DNA of 63,427 nucleotides, the filler included, from Asterionella formosa (Eukaryota), in NCBI GenBank assembly GCA_002256025.1. It is 19 parts of 19 records of this genome, joined end to end, with 100 filler letters (N's around TTAATTAATTAA, not from the genome) between each part and the next. Parts side by side here need not be neighbours in the genome. Positions count along the whole stretch, not along the records: positions 46,284 to 48,101 come from NKIB01001118.1; positions 48,202 to 50,018 come from NKIB01001119.1; positions 50,119 to 51,935 come from NKIB01001121.1; positions 52,036 to 53,852 come from NKIB01001122.1; positions 53,953 to 55,768 come from NKIB01001123.1; positions 55,869 to 57,683 come from NKIB01001124.1; positions 57,784 to 59,598 come from NKIB01001126.1; positions 59,699 to 61,513 come from NKIB01001127.1; 11 more parts are not named here. The stretch is one strand, 5' to 3'. A model generated the notes under the pieces. It ran no database searches and was not told the DNA's origin. It worked only from the letters and a program-made list of their open reading frames with translations. Both the position numbers and the translations under genes were made by a program. Each line of letters starts with the position of its first letter. The stretch's first letter is position 1. Positions 47,271-59,759 of the stretch are shown here, in pieces.

Positions 47271-47478
47271 CATAGAAAGGCAGGATTGGCTTCCTACCGG
47301 AATGTGGATTCTGAAGCTAGAAGACGGTTTGCTCAACCCATTCATCAGTCAGCAAATCCGAGTTGTGTTCAGAAACGGATTCTGCAAAGTGTCATTGGTC
47401 AATAAGAGTAGCTAACATTTTCCTAAATTACTTAAGGAATATTATTTTCATCAAAAGCTGGCCTATCTCGTCCGGCAG

Positions 47479-48101
47479 GAAGGTCCGGTAATCAGCGAAT
47501 TGCGCGCACTATAAACTAAAATTCCACGTAGCGGTTTCAACCTACTTCATTGGAAGTCTGACCGGCTCACCAATTCCGAAATGATGAAAAATCTCAAATT
47601 ATTTCAATTTATTTAGATGACCTATAACCGTTATAAAGTTTCAAACGGAAAAGCGCTGCCACCTTTCACATCAGAATCGTTGACTACCAACTCCAACTTG
47701 CTGACTGCGGACTTCTTGTTGCTAACTGCTGACTTGATTTGCTGAAAATTTGAAAAATTCGCTGACTGCCGCTGACTTCATTTGCTGACTACTGACATGA
47801 AACCGCCGACTGCTAACTTCAACTTGCTGATGCCAAGCAACCTACTTTGTTCTTAGGAAGAGACCATCTACCGGTACCGGTGTACGAGTCGTGTTTACTT
47901 TTCATATTTATTAACAATGGAAGCATCTTTTAGTTGTTGGGATACTAAAAGGGATGCCTTCTACGCTCATGCTACTATCGGGAGTAACAAAGAGGTACCT
48001 GGTACTCCATAGCTACATAATTAAAAACTGTGAAATAGACATTGATGCCTGAAAAAAACATTGCTATCAACTTCTTCATATTGCTAACACCATGTACTAG
48101 T
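47479..48101 (-). mobile_element. Second copy of the 15943-16840 element (right end, inverted, truncated by contig end)
   Basis: Reverse complement of about 16250-16840, again preceded by CAG (47476-47478). Confidence 0.92.
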
Positions 48102-48379
48102 NNNNNNNNNNNNNNNNNNNNNNNNNNNNNNNNNNNNNNNNNNNNTTAATTAATTAANNNNNNNNNNNNNNNNNNNNNNNNNNNNNNNNNNNNNNNNNNN
48201 NAATATAGTTTTATCTTGTAATTAGAAACAATGAACATGATTGGCAAGCCTTGAACCGTGGAGCTCGTTGCTTCTTACTTTTTGTAGGTTAAACTTATTA
48301 CGCTTGGGTCATTGTTGTATGTTGCTTCTTCATTATCCGTTGTTATCTTTCCATGGCAAGGGTGGGGCGGGAAGTCAAA

Positions 48380-48910
48380 GTTGTCTGTACTATGATAGAT
48401 TGGGAACAAGCACGAAAACGAGCAGGCTCAAAAATCAAAGGAGAACAACGTACTACTATCTTTAAACTCGAGGTGTGACGATGAAGAAGAGAAGAAAATA
48501 TGAAAAATTCAATGACCGCCGATGTCCCACAAGAAGCAGTCAATATGGAGACTGAAGTGAACACCCTGGTCAAGTATCTGTATGCGATGAAAGAGATGAT
48601 CAACCTACGCGATTTGGCTTTGTTTATCGTACCCGAAAAGATTCGCCGACAACATCACACACCAGTAGGACAAAAACTTTGATGGATTAAAACAGTCAAG
48701 CAACATCTCTTTTCAGGCATGGCATCGGGAAGATGGAATAACCCTGGGAGATGGAGCTCGGCTCCGCATTGCACATCAGATTGAAAGACTTGAGGGACTT
48801 TGTCCTCAGGTATGGTTAAGAACTGGGCGGGATTAAATTCTCATCTTGTGTCTCACAGGGCCAAATACGATTAGATGTTAAGATTTAATGTACTATAAAA
48901 TTTCATTTCA
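48380..48910 (+). mobile_element. Degenerate non-LTR (LINE-like) 3' end
   Basis: VKYLYAMKEMINLRDLALFIVP..IR....L*WIKTV resembles diatom LINE ORF C-termini. Ends in TTTAATGTACTATAAAATTT (48884-48903). Confidence 0.55.
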
Positions 48911-50118
48911 ATATATGTATCTGTTGTTATCTTTCCTCTGCCACTGTAGTCCTTTCACATGCAGTCAATATTGTTGGTCTCCAACAAGGTAAGTATGACA
49001 TTTGTGAATTGAAAATCCGCTGGTTACTGATGAGACCTTGCTTGACAGAGGGAAGGCGAACTATCGTCAATGGTTCGAAGAACTCCTTGGTGTAGGTTAA
49101 TTTTTTGATTCTCTGTTTGTGTTGCTTGCCATTCAAAACTTCAACTAGCTCACCCTCTTTCTTATAATCTCCATTAGTCAGAGGTGTTTGTGATCATTCC
49201 ATGGAGAGCTAGTACGTGAGAGAGGCAGGGCTTCGCCTGACGAATGGAACAGGAAGAGGATGAAGCGGCCGTGATTTTATGGCAGCCTAGAAACCAAGGA
49301 ACCAGCATGGGTTGAGCAATTTCCAGGTGGCCAGATTTGGGCGATGCTATTGGAGGCTAGTGTTACATCCGAAGAAAGTTCTTGTTGATACCTTATGTGG
49401 ATCAAAAACGAATTTACATAACAATCCATCAATATGGCTGCCTATCCATCAGCCTTGCGAACTGACTAGAATTGGAGATGATAAATAGGTGCTCTATAAA
49501 TATAGTGGCATTCCCGTTGATCTTTCCAGTAGCCTCTAATTGGCTAGCAATTGCTGTTCGAATCTACTAGGCCTCAGCCATCCATGTTACTTTGTTAGGA
49601 GTTATAGTCAGTACTCATCTCGGGAAACCATAATTGATGAGGATGTTGATTGGCGTTGCATGATGCCTGCGAGTGTGCGAGGGGCGTCCAAATACCGAGC
49701 AACACTTGGCAACAGATTAAACTATGAATCAATTAACAATAGGAAAAGATGGACAATAACCTCCTTTAAGTATTCATTGCTACAACACGTTTCCGTACCC
49801 GACATACTGGAGGAAAAATTCTTTTTTACATGTCAAGTGCTCCATGTGAGCCCAAATAGTTAATCCTTGCGGAATTGTCAATTTCGCATGTATATCTAGC
49901 CTAACACAGACGAACTAATCATTCAATTGATGTTGACAGTAAAAACTGAGATCAACTATAAAATTTGTTTTGGTCTTCGTTTGCTTATTTTTGAAGATGT
50001 AACCAAAAACAGACATCANNNNNNNNNNNNNNNNNNNNNNNNNNNNNNNNNNNNNNNNNNNNTTAATTAATTAANNNNNNNNNNNNNNNNNNNNNNNNNN
50101 NNNNNNNNNNNNNNNNNN

Positions 50119-50880
50119 GCAGCTACCCTAAATCACACAATAAAGTTTGAGTGTTGTAATTCCGCCATGTCTGTCATTTTTAGCCCTTCAAATTTCCGAG
50201 TTGACCCAAGAATTTTGGCTGTGTTGGTTCCTCTTTACTTTGGTCCATAATTTTCCCTCTGAATTTAATTCTTCCTGAATTTTCGAGATCGCATGGCATG
50301 CATTCTTCTTTTGGAGTTATGCCTGGAGACGGCCATTCCTCCTCATCATCAATATCAAATTTAAATATTGTGGGACGGCTGGATATACTTTGAAATGTAT
50401 GTATTCCAAAGCCCTCTGTGCTTGTTATGCTCAGGTTGGTTGGCCCGTTTCATTTGTGATCTTCTATTTAAATTCCTTTGACATTCAAGTATACAGGGAT
50501 AAATTTTCGACCCATCTGCTGTAGCGATGTCTGCCACTGAGGAAACCTATAAATACATGCGACATGCGTTGATGTGTAGCAATCGATAATGACAAACTCC
50601 CTTGGATGCCAGGTAACTCATGATCATTAAGTCGTTCTCGCATTCTTGTAGGTGTCCAAGCAATACTTGTCTCCACTTGGAGGTTGTGAGCGCCTAAAAT
50701 ATCTTTTATTCTTGTCATCCATGTAATTGTAAGATATGGAATATTAATTGCTGGATACATGAGAAGACTTTCCTCTCTCTCTGATTCTAGTTGTAGGGGC
50801 CGTAGGGAAGTATCCATCATTTTTACAACTGCGTCATCTGCATATTTATGACAGAGGGATAGCCGTAACATAATATAAGA
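50119..50880 (-). mobile_element. Degenerate LINE (Ambal-like) post-RT fragment
   Basis: LQLES...L.YP....YL..TW...IK..L; after a frameshift, ND..IM...INACRMYL.V..VADI.TADG. Confidence 0.65.
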
Positions 50881-50929
50881 TTTAATTTCAATTTTTCCGC
50901 CATCACATTGTCCTCTGCTCAGTTAAAAA

Positions 50930-51935
50930 ATGTTTAAATTTATAGTACGTTAAAGCTAACTACTGATCGCGCTTGTGACCATACTAGTATATGCTTGGGA
51001 AGAATTTGTACCGGTTATTAATTGCCATTTCCCTAGTTATTGCATTAAGTGAATTTGTTTTTCATTTGTATTTGTGGCACCATTTTACTCTGCTATCACT
51101 CCGTCCTTTTCTGGAGTTATTTGCATTGCCCTCGTTGTTGTTCCCTTTACCTTTCCGTTACCATTTGTAATTGTGGCATTATTTAACTCCTTCGAGCACC
51201 ATCACTTGTGCTTCTTTTGTGCGTCATTGCCCTCGTTGTTACCTTCATCTTTCTGTTGTCCTTTAAAATTTGTAATCATTCAACTCTGCCAACCCCACCT
51301 CCTCTACTCCAGCTGTTGTCATTGTCCTCATTCCCCCCCTTGCCTTTCTGTTGAAAATTGCAATTAAGGCATCATTTAACTCTGTCTTCACCTACTCCCA
51401 TCCTGCAGTTTTTGGTAGTAGCATCACTGTGTCTTGGCCATCCAACTTGGATTTTGAATCTTTGAAGCATCAAACTATATTCAAAGGTTTGGTAATGAAA
51501 AAATCAGTTTGCATTTACTTACACCCCTGATACTGACATAGAATCCTTTGCCTTTCTTTTTCCTCTTTTAAACTTTTGGATGGATAAATCTCTTTTGTGT
51601 CCCTACTAGTAGCTGCTTTAATATATCTGTCTTCACAGAAGAAAATAATTATGCTAGGTACCCTGTTAATACCGTACATAGCTAATACCTGGCTGATGTT
51701 CCTTGCTTTTCAATGTATTCCCACCCCTGCATCTCATGAATTCATCCTCTAGTGTCACACCCCGTTTAGTGTTTCCTTTTCTAGCTAGTAGCCAAAATGT
51801 ATATTGAACATATTCTTCTTGTGCTCAGTAAAAGGGCCCGCAACTTCTCCAAAGCTACTACTGTCACTATCACCGCTGATTTGTGACATAATGATGATGC
51901 AAGCGCACTGAATCAATGCAGGAACAATTCTGGGG
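50930..51935 (-). mobile_element. Probable retroposon 3' region ending in the shared tail
   Basis: Minus strand reads AATAACCGGTACAAATT...TTAGCTTTAACGTACTATAAATTT, near-identical to the SINE tail. Upstream coding signal is very decayed. Confidence 0.45.
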
Positions 51936-53357
51936 NNNNNNNNNNNNNNNNNNNNNNNNNNNNNNNNNNNNNNNNNNNNTTAATTAATTAANNNNNNNNN
52001 NNNNNNNNNNNNNNNNNNNNNNNNNNNNNNNNNNNCTATTACGTTAACAACAATGATTCTAGTCGAGCTACGCAGGGGGGTCTCGATGATTCCACCTTTA
52101 ATAATATCAAATTTTTCACTAAAGAAAAAGATGGACGAGCTAAGCAAATCAATTTGAATCCTAGAAGAACAGGCTTCTACTACAAGTTCCAACTAGGCAT
52201 ATACCAGTGCAATTTTCCTACATCGAAGCATGCCGCAAAATTCATCACTTTTCCGAAATTTCATCTATGTAGACTCAGCCAGCGGTCTAAATTATTAGGT
52301 ACTTCACATGAATTAATGCCACTCTTCACGAAAATAGCGTTATTTTAAATGATTTCATTTGAATTTTTCACACTTTCATGTGAGGCTTTAACAATAAACA
52401 TTGAACTCGAAACTGAATTAGTTGAAGCTTCAAATAATTCCTTTCAAGAAGTAGCAAGAAAATGACAGGAATCTTTTTGTTGGGGATAAGATTGGCTTCG
52501 ATCCAACTTCGATACCTACTTTGGAACACCAAGAACTATCTTATTCCCAAACAACATTGTCTGGGTCCTGACCAAACTATGAACCAGTATATTGGCTATA
52601 GATTCTATCAAAAATATTTACCTAGATTTCCTTCATGCTTTCAGTACTTGTTACCTATCGAAATTGTAGTCTGGAGGGAGAAAAACATGTTTGTAGCCAG
52701 CCTGTTATGGCGAATATCCATGATTTTGGGTGATACTACTGGTAGTTTATTTTAACGTTGAGAATGTACTGTATTTTTTCAGTTTAAATCCGAAATCCAA
52801 TTGGGATTTTTTCCAAATTGATATTTTTGATATAAATTCGGAAAAAATTCAAGATTGTTAACCTTGCTGAGATATTTATTTAGCTTCACAGAAATACTAA
52901 ATTGGTATCATTTGCTACCAATTTGAATTCAAATTGGTATCAATTTTATTTTCACTGCCAATCTGGTTTCCAAATCGGTATCTATTGTTGGCGTTAGGGT
53001 TAGGGTTTGAAATGTTGCCACCAATTTGGATTCTTGATTATAAGTTACAAGATATCTTAAAATAAAACACGCTATACTAGGTCTCTACTGGTGCTGAGAA
53101 CGTTGAGTTGCACCAGAGCGCAACGCGCCCTTTGAGGGAACCTTTGGGTAGTAAATTGTTTACGTGGGGGCAGAAGGACGGCAGGGGAGAGTACAGTGGA
53201 TAATGAACTGTGTGATTGTGCCTTCTTGGCAACAGCTGTTGCGTTGGATTTCTTGTGTTAAGCGGAGTTTGGCGGTGCGGTGAATGGCTAGCCAAGCTGT
53301 CAGGTGGATTGTTGTGATAAAATATGTTGAGATAAGGGTAGACTAAATAGGTAACCC

Positions 53358-53470
53358 TGTTCGTCTCTGGATACTGCATCTTGTGTCGAGTATGCAGCTG
53401 TTATACTAAAAAGGTGGCCTTGTTCGTCTCTGGATACTGCATCTTGTGTGGAGTACTAGGCAGCTGTTAT
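53358..53470. repeat. About 47-bp direct repeat twice (period 63) in a probable TE remnant
   Basis: TGTTCGTCTCTGGATACTGCATCTTGTGT.GAGTA..GCAGCTGTTAT occurs twice. Confidence 0.85.
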
Positions 53471-54127
53471 GTCGGAGATGAGCAACAGTTTTTTGGGAGA
53501 GACAGTAAAAGTTGCACCATGAATGAAGTGATTTCGGTGGTTCCAGAGATCTAGTAGGAAGGGAGTGTGTCTGCAGACTGTGGATGAGTATATGGGTCCA
53601 TTGTGTCGTGTGATCCAAGATCTGTGGTGGTTGAAGGCGTTAGAGGGAGTATTCTTTCATGGCTAGACCCCAGTGTAATGCAAGGTGTCCGTGGAGAGCA
53701 TGGTTCCAACCGATCAGGGACTGTTGGTGAAAGGCAGAGTAGAAGGCTTGGGCTAGGGATTCGGTGGGGGGAGGAGGCGCAGGGAGCGGCCAGACAGGAG
53801 AGTGACTTAATTGCCAGGAGATTATTCCTGCTTCTAGGGGAGTGGTGATAACNNNNNNNNNNNNNNNNNNNNNNNNNNNNNNNNNNNNNNNNNNNNTTAA
53901 TTAATTAANNNNNNNNNNNNNNNNNNNNNNNNNNNNNNNNNNNNNNNNNNNNTGCAACATTTTACTTAGCTAAAATTATGTGGTACTGATGGTAGTTACG
54001 GCGGCTTACAGGTAACCCCTTTGTTTATGTGCTGGAGGTGAAAGGAGGACAGAGAAGCACACGGAACAACTGCAATCAAATTCCTCTTGCACAACAAGAA
54101 CAACAACATACTCCGAACTTTTCGACA

Positions 54128-55768
54128 ATGATGTCTCTTTGCGACTCCGCCGTTGACGCAGTCGGCAAGCATGCAAATAGTCACATTGAAATGGCCATGG
54201 CCTTCGTGAAGAGGGAAGTTCCCGCTTTTCTCCAGGAAGATAACGATCGGCTGGTGAAGGTGGGACGGTCGTTGGAGAATCTAGTGGCATTGAAAGATAC
54301 CGTCAGTGATTTTGAGGCATCCTTGCAGTTGCTAGTGAACGAGTGTGCATTGCTGGTTTCTGGAGATGTAAAGGTGCGATCTGAACATTTCACAATAATG
54401 GCTTGCATTGTTAGGCGCACCGCATTCACTTTTTTATTTAATCCTATCGTCGCACACAGGTCCCTACTGTCCGGTTTGGAAAGACCAACCTACAAATTCC
54501 CATTCTCACTCTCGGTTGCATGAGATTCCAGCAAGAATGGGGCCCTCGTGTGCAGAATATGAACCAGGTCTCGTCAGATTGCCAAGATAATTTGGTTCGC
54601 TTGTTGAAACGAGCCGTTGTCGATTTTGGGATGAAACACATTGAGACAGCACGAGGGTATGGGTGCAGTGAGTTACAATTGGGCGTTGCCTTGAAACAGC
54701 TTTTTGACGCGGGTGATGTCAAGCGCGAAGATCTGATTCTGCAAACAAAAGTGGGTGCTACGGCATTCGCCGGGGACTTTCGAAAGACGTTAGAGACGTC
54801 GTTTGCCACATTGCAAGTGGACTATCTCGATCTCTTCGCCTTTCATGGGCTAAACATGGACTATCAATATGATTGGGTTTTCGGAGAAAGTCGTGAAGGA
54901 GGCAACTGTATGGATGTTGTTAAGGAGTACGTAGCGGCTGGCAAGATTAGGCATGTTGGATTCAGTACGCATGCACCAGAAGATTTGATTCGACGTTTCA
55001 TTCAAACAGATGCTTTTGAGTACATCAATCTTCATTACCATTATTTTGGATCCTATACAACTACGGGAGTGGGTAAGACACAAGGAAATCTCGAAAATAT
55101 TCAATTGTTGAAAGAAAAGGACATGGGAGTTTTTGTGATAAGTGCATATGACAAGGGAGGCAAATTGTATGAACCCTCAAACAAGTTGCGAACACTTTGT
55201 TTGCCTGAAATGGAGCCGATGGCATTTGGAAGCGCATGGCTCTGGAATCACTCCAATACAGAGGGATCACCTGTCCACACTATTGTTGTCGGTGCTGCTA
55301 GACCTGCGGATGTTGACCAAGGTGCCGTGGCTGCATATTTGCAAGGTTCAAACCCCGACGATACACTGCAAAAGGTCATGACAGTGACTAATCGCCTCGA
55401 AAAAGCGAAAGAAGATGCATTGGGTAAAGAATGGTTGAAAACCTGTTATGAAGGTGTTCCCAAAAGCAATAACTCCAAGTATCAAGTGGAACATAACCAA
55501 ATCATCTGGTGCTACAACAATATCAAAGCGTTTGGCATGCTCCAGTTTGCAAAAGACCGGTACGGAAGTCTGGAAAGCAATAGAGCCAAGTGGGATAACG
55601 AGAAGACTGCTGAAGAAAATATTGAAATTTTGAAGGGTTCCGGTTGGGGCTACGTGCCTGGTTTATCTCTTGAAGAAGGAAAGGATTACATAGACGATTT
55701 TGGGCATGTCCCTGCTGTCAACAAGAGCAATGTCCTGGAAGCAGAGGCTTTTGTGCATAGCTGGTGTA
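54128..55768 (+). CDS. Aldo/keto reductase (COG1453/cyanobacterial-like); exons 54128-54373 and 54460 to beyond 55768 (3' partial)
   Basis: 86-bp phase-0 GT-AG intron. Motifs VRFGKTNLQIPILTLGCMRF, HIETARGYG.SE, LQTKV, LQVDYLDLFAFHG, IRHVGFSTH. Confidence 0.88.
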
Positions 55769-56615
55769 NNNNNNNNNNNNNNNNNNNNNNNNNNNNNNNN
55801 NNNNNNNNNNNNTTAATTAATTAANNNNNNNNNNNNNNNNNNNNNNNNNNNNNNNNNNNNNNNNNNNNCACAAGTACAGGTAGATCTCGGAATTGAGCGA
55901 TACGGACCACATCGTAATGGCACACAGCAATGGCTTGGCGATCCAAGGAAAATGGAACGCTTGACAGTGCGCACCTACCAGTATAGGAATGATTTGTACT
56001 CCTACCGGTAAAAGACGACTGGATATTCTTAATTATTATAATCGATCACCAGAGTATACCGGTAGTACCGTACCTGGTACCAGGTACCTGGTACCGAATG
56101 CCAGTGCTCCATGGTATCATAAATCATAAAAGGACAGTCCTACATGCATACGTAGTATGTATGTACCTGTAATAAGATCCGATACGCGGCAATTGAGAAA
56201 GGTATTAACAATAGCTGGGTACGTGGTACCTGGTACTGTAGATACCGGTATGACATATGTATCAGGTACCCCCCAGATACCTGTACCAAGTCCCAGAAAA
56301 ACCGAGTAACATATGCATGGAGAAGATACGCGGCAGAAATGTTGCCTGCAGTCTGGCATACATACAGTACATGTGTACAGCCGCCAAATAGGAACATCAT
56401 GATGTGTACCGGTATGGAGTCCAAATCGCTGTAAATTACCACATGATTACATCCCGGCAATTAAAATGGATGTATTCCATGCTTTCAAGTGTACCGGTAT
56501 GTACTGTTGTACCAGGTACCGGTACCACCTGATAGACAGTCCACCACACCCTATTCTTTTCAGTATCGCAAATATAGGAAGCGATGTAACTTCGAGACAA
56601 TTAGCTACCGGTACT

Positions 56616-57683
56616 GGGCGCGCTCTGATAATAAAAAATTATCATATCATGTGTATTATAACATAAATCGTTGTACCCATAACCCCAAAATTTGGTCAAC
56701 ACAAACACAAATTTTTTACAGTTATAAATAACAGTGCATTATATAAAAAGATGTTTAGACATGAATGACTATATAGAATTTCCCGGAATATTTCAAGACT
56801 TGCTTGCTGATACTCAAAATGGCTTGCTCTTGCCAAAATAGGTATGCATATACATATGCATAGCTATCGTTACATATCAATCAGCCTCCTCAATAAATCG
56901 ATCGTCATCGCTTTTAGATTTCGGCCATTTCTTCATCTTCTTCTGGTCAAAGGAGAGCAGCCAGGGAGGGCTTCCCTTCCTCTCCAAGGCTGCTTGGCTG
57001 AACGTCGCCGTCACCAGCAACAAGAACAACAATAGACTCAACCAGAAGAAGAGGAGGACGACGACGACAAGAATGAAGATGACACTGGTGCTGATGAGTT
57101 TGCCAGTGACGATGAGGACAGTAGGATGGGTGTCCCAGGTGTTTCTCAGATTGATCTTTGCCGACCTTTCTTTGTTGTTGAATTTCTAACAATGAAATCC
57201 GTATTTTTCCTACAGGGAGTGAAGGAATAAAAACAATGTTTGAACAGCTGGTGTAAGAGCTCGAAAGAAGCATGGTCAAACCCACACAAGGTAATCAGAG
57301 CATCATCATGCTTGCTGTGGTTGAACAAAGTCCAGAATGGACTCAATAATGGATGCTGTAGTGCGTGGCGACGGATTTTGCCACTTCTTCTTCTGACCTC
57401 ATCAACAGTCAAACTTTCCCTGAACGATGGCGTCCTACTATTTACTGGTGGATAGCACATTGCTAACAGTAGCAATGTGATCATAATGTCATCATCATCA
57501 TCATCATCATCATCATCAGGAGATGAGATGAAAGTCGACATGGTCAGTGACCGACAATGATGAATATATAGAACTCATGCATATAATGAACAAGAGGCGG
57601 CATAGCATATAAGAGGATGCATCAATATGAAAATTTAACTGTTGAAAATTAAAGTTAAAAATATTTATAATGTCAGAGAAGTA
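56616..57683 (-). mobile_element. Internally deleted PIF/Harbinger-type element: right TIR plus truncated transposase 57541-57146
   Basis: TIR GGGCGCGCTCTGATAATAAAAAATTATC at 56616. The ORF matches the one starting at 5440 and includes DDALITLCGFDHASF. Confidence 0.75.
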
Positions 57684-57899
57684 NNNNNNNNNNNNNNNNN
57701 NNNNNNNNNNNNNNNNNNNNNNNNNNNTTAATTAATTAANNNNNNNNNNNNNNNNNNNNNNNNNNNNNNNNNNNNNNNNNNNNTAGCTTTTTCGAGAGCA
57801 AAGGGGGATGTGGGCATCAGTGCATTTTGGAAATGGATAAAATATTATCTTACATACATTATATTGAAATGACATGATGTGCGTTCACCTCGCTGTACT

Positions 57900-59508
57900 T
57901 CATTGCTTCGCTGCGTCCGAATATTTGATTCCCAAGGTATTAAATGAATCCCAAGGGTTCTCGTCGTCGACCCCAAGGCGAATCCATTGGACTACAATTT
58001 TCTTTTGCCCTTCATAAACAGGACAACCACTGTGCTCAGTAAAACCGGAATCCTTGACCAAAGTCTTAGGATTGATGTATCCAAAGAAAATGGCGTTCCC
58101 TTTCTCAGCTTTAACATGAACGCCCGCATTTCTGAAATTGGTGTTACCTCCTCGTTCGGGAACAGTGCAATACATAACCATGGTAGCCATACGAGTTCCC
58201 TGTCTGTGTTCCAGACCGGTACACTCACCGTCACAATGAGGAGTATAGCGATCGGGTTCGGTATCATTTATCCCGCGTCCAAAATACTGAAATTGGAATG
58301 ATATGAGGATACATTGTCTTTTCAAAACCTTACAAGAAAAATAGCATGAATTGACTCACCTGAATGCTCATCAAGTCTTCCTGGCCGTTTTCCTGAATAT
58401 TTAAACCCAACACATGATTCGTGTAATTGTACACCCGTCGACTTAGACGCGCAATAGCATCACCATCGCCCTCACACTCCCATTTTACCTTGATTCCAGC
58501 TTGCATGGCTTTGCGACTTTCGGAGTATCGGGACCCTCCTTTTCCGTCAGCCACAGACGCTTTATGCAGCGTTTTCGCTGCTTCGTTTTCCATAGCCTTG
58601 CATTCTTCCTCTGAGATAAAGTTCTCCAGCACATGAATACGACTAGCAGGGCGGTCGTGCTTTATATGAACATTTCGAACAATGCCATCGCCATGGTCCC
58701 AGGTACCTGTCGAAACATCCGGAGAAGTGACACTTGCTTCATCAGTGCATGTATAGTTCTCTAATGCAGCAGCAATGTCAGTCCGAACTTGAGCCTGAAA
58801 GGCGATCTCTTCGTTTACAGTTTCCAACATTCTGGCGATTTTGGCTTCAACACAATTGGTGAGCTCATTCATAGCAGAAAGGATGGCCTTTTCACTTTCC
58901 CCTGACTGTTGGACCATGTCGCGCGCCTTCCTTTCACAATCACCGATAACTTTGGCGGCCTCTTCGTCAGCGACGGCTTTGCTGTCAGAAAATTCAATCT
59001 TAATACCAGGTTTTATAAGAATTACTGTGTTTCAATAAAAAATCGACAAAATTTAAAAAACATGTTAGCGCATGATGGTTGAGATACGAAAACTGTAGAG
59101 TACGACATGTTACATCTCCAAATACATTGTCTCTCATAAGATTGAAAGTACACCTGCATTATTCCACGAGCTTGGTAAATGGTTTTGACTGCACTTACGT
59201 TGGTCGTCATGTGCCGAAACATTAAATTGCCCAACCTTGCACGTATGATCTTCACTGTGACATTCTCCCGTCTTCTCGTCCACAATCTCACGGACTTCAA
59301 ATTCATGACCAATATATGTCTTTAAAGGAAATGAAGCTCCGTCGTATATGAAAGGCGTAGATAATCGCGTTGTCGCTCTTGTCGTTGGATGGATCCAGAA
59401 CAACTCGACTCGTTCTCTGCTGTCATTTAGGATGCGCAAGGTGCGATCAACTTGACGAGAGAATACGACAAAGGGTAAGAGGAGGAGGAGAGGATTCCAC
59501 ATAGTCAT
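57900..59508 (-). CDS. Prolyl 4-hydroxylase-like 2OG-Fe(II) oxygenase; exons 59508-59199, 59024-58360 and 58286-57900 (~453 aa)
   Basis: Signal peptide; VHL-beta-like N-domain (NDS...VELFW...TYIGHEF); LENFISEEEC; YTPHCDG (HxD); GGNTNF; EHSGCPVYEGQK. Two GT-AG introns restore the frame. Confidence 0.88.
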
Positions 59509-59759
59509 GAAAGGATTTCGTGCTTGAATTTCGAAAAATGTGAACTTTGTGGTGATAACGTTGGAGCGAACTGCAAAATGTGTAACCAATGCGAACTANN
59601 NNNNNNNNNNNNNNNNNNNNNNNNNNNNNNNNNNNNNNNNNNTTAATTAATTAANNNNNNNNNNNNNNNNNNNNNNNNNNNNNNNNNNNNNNNNNNNNTC
59701 CATTTGTGTGCCCGTTTGTTGAGTGCTCTGATCGCTTGCACCTCGTTCAATGTTGCTTT

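Noticed and set aside
2432..59508. A glycoprotein/wall-biogenesis gene cluster (pyruvyltransferase, COG4, P4H, secreted proteins)
   Set aside because: The genes lie on different contigs joined artificially, so there is no linkage evidence except for those within 9598-38511.
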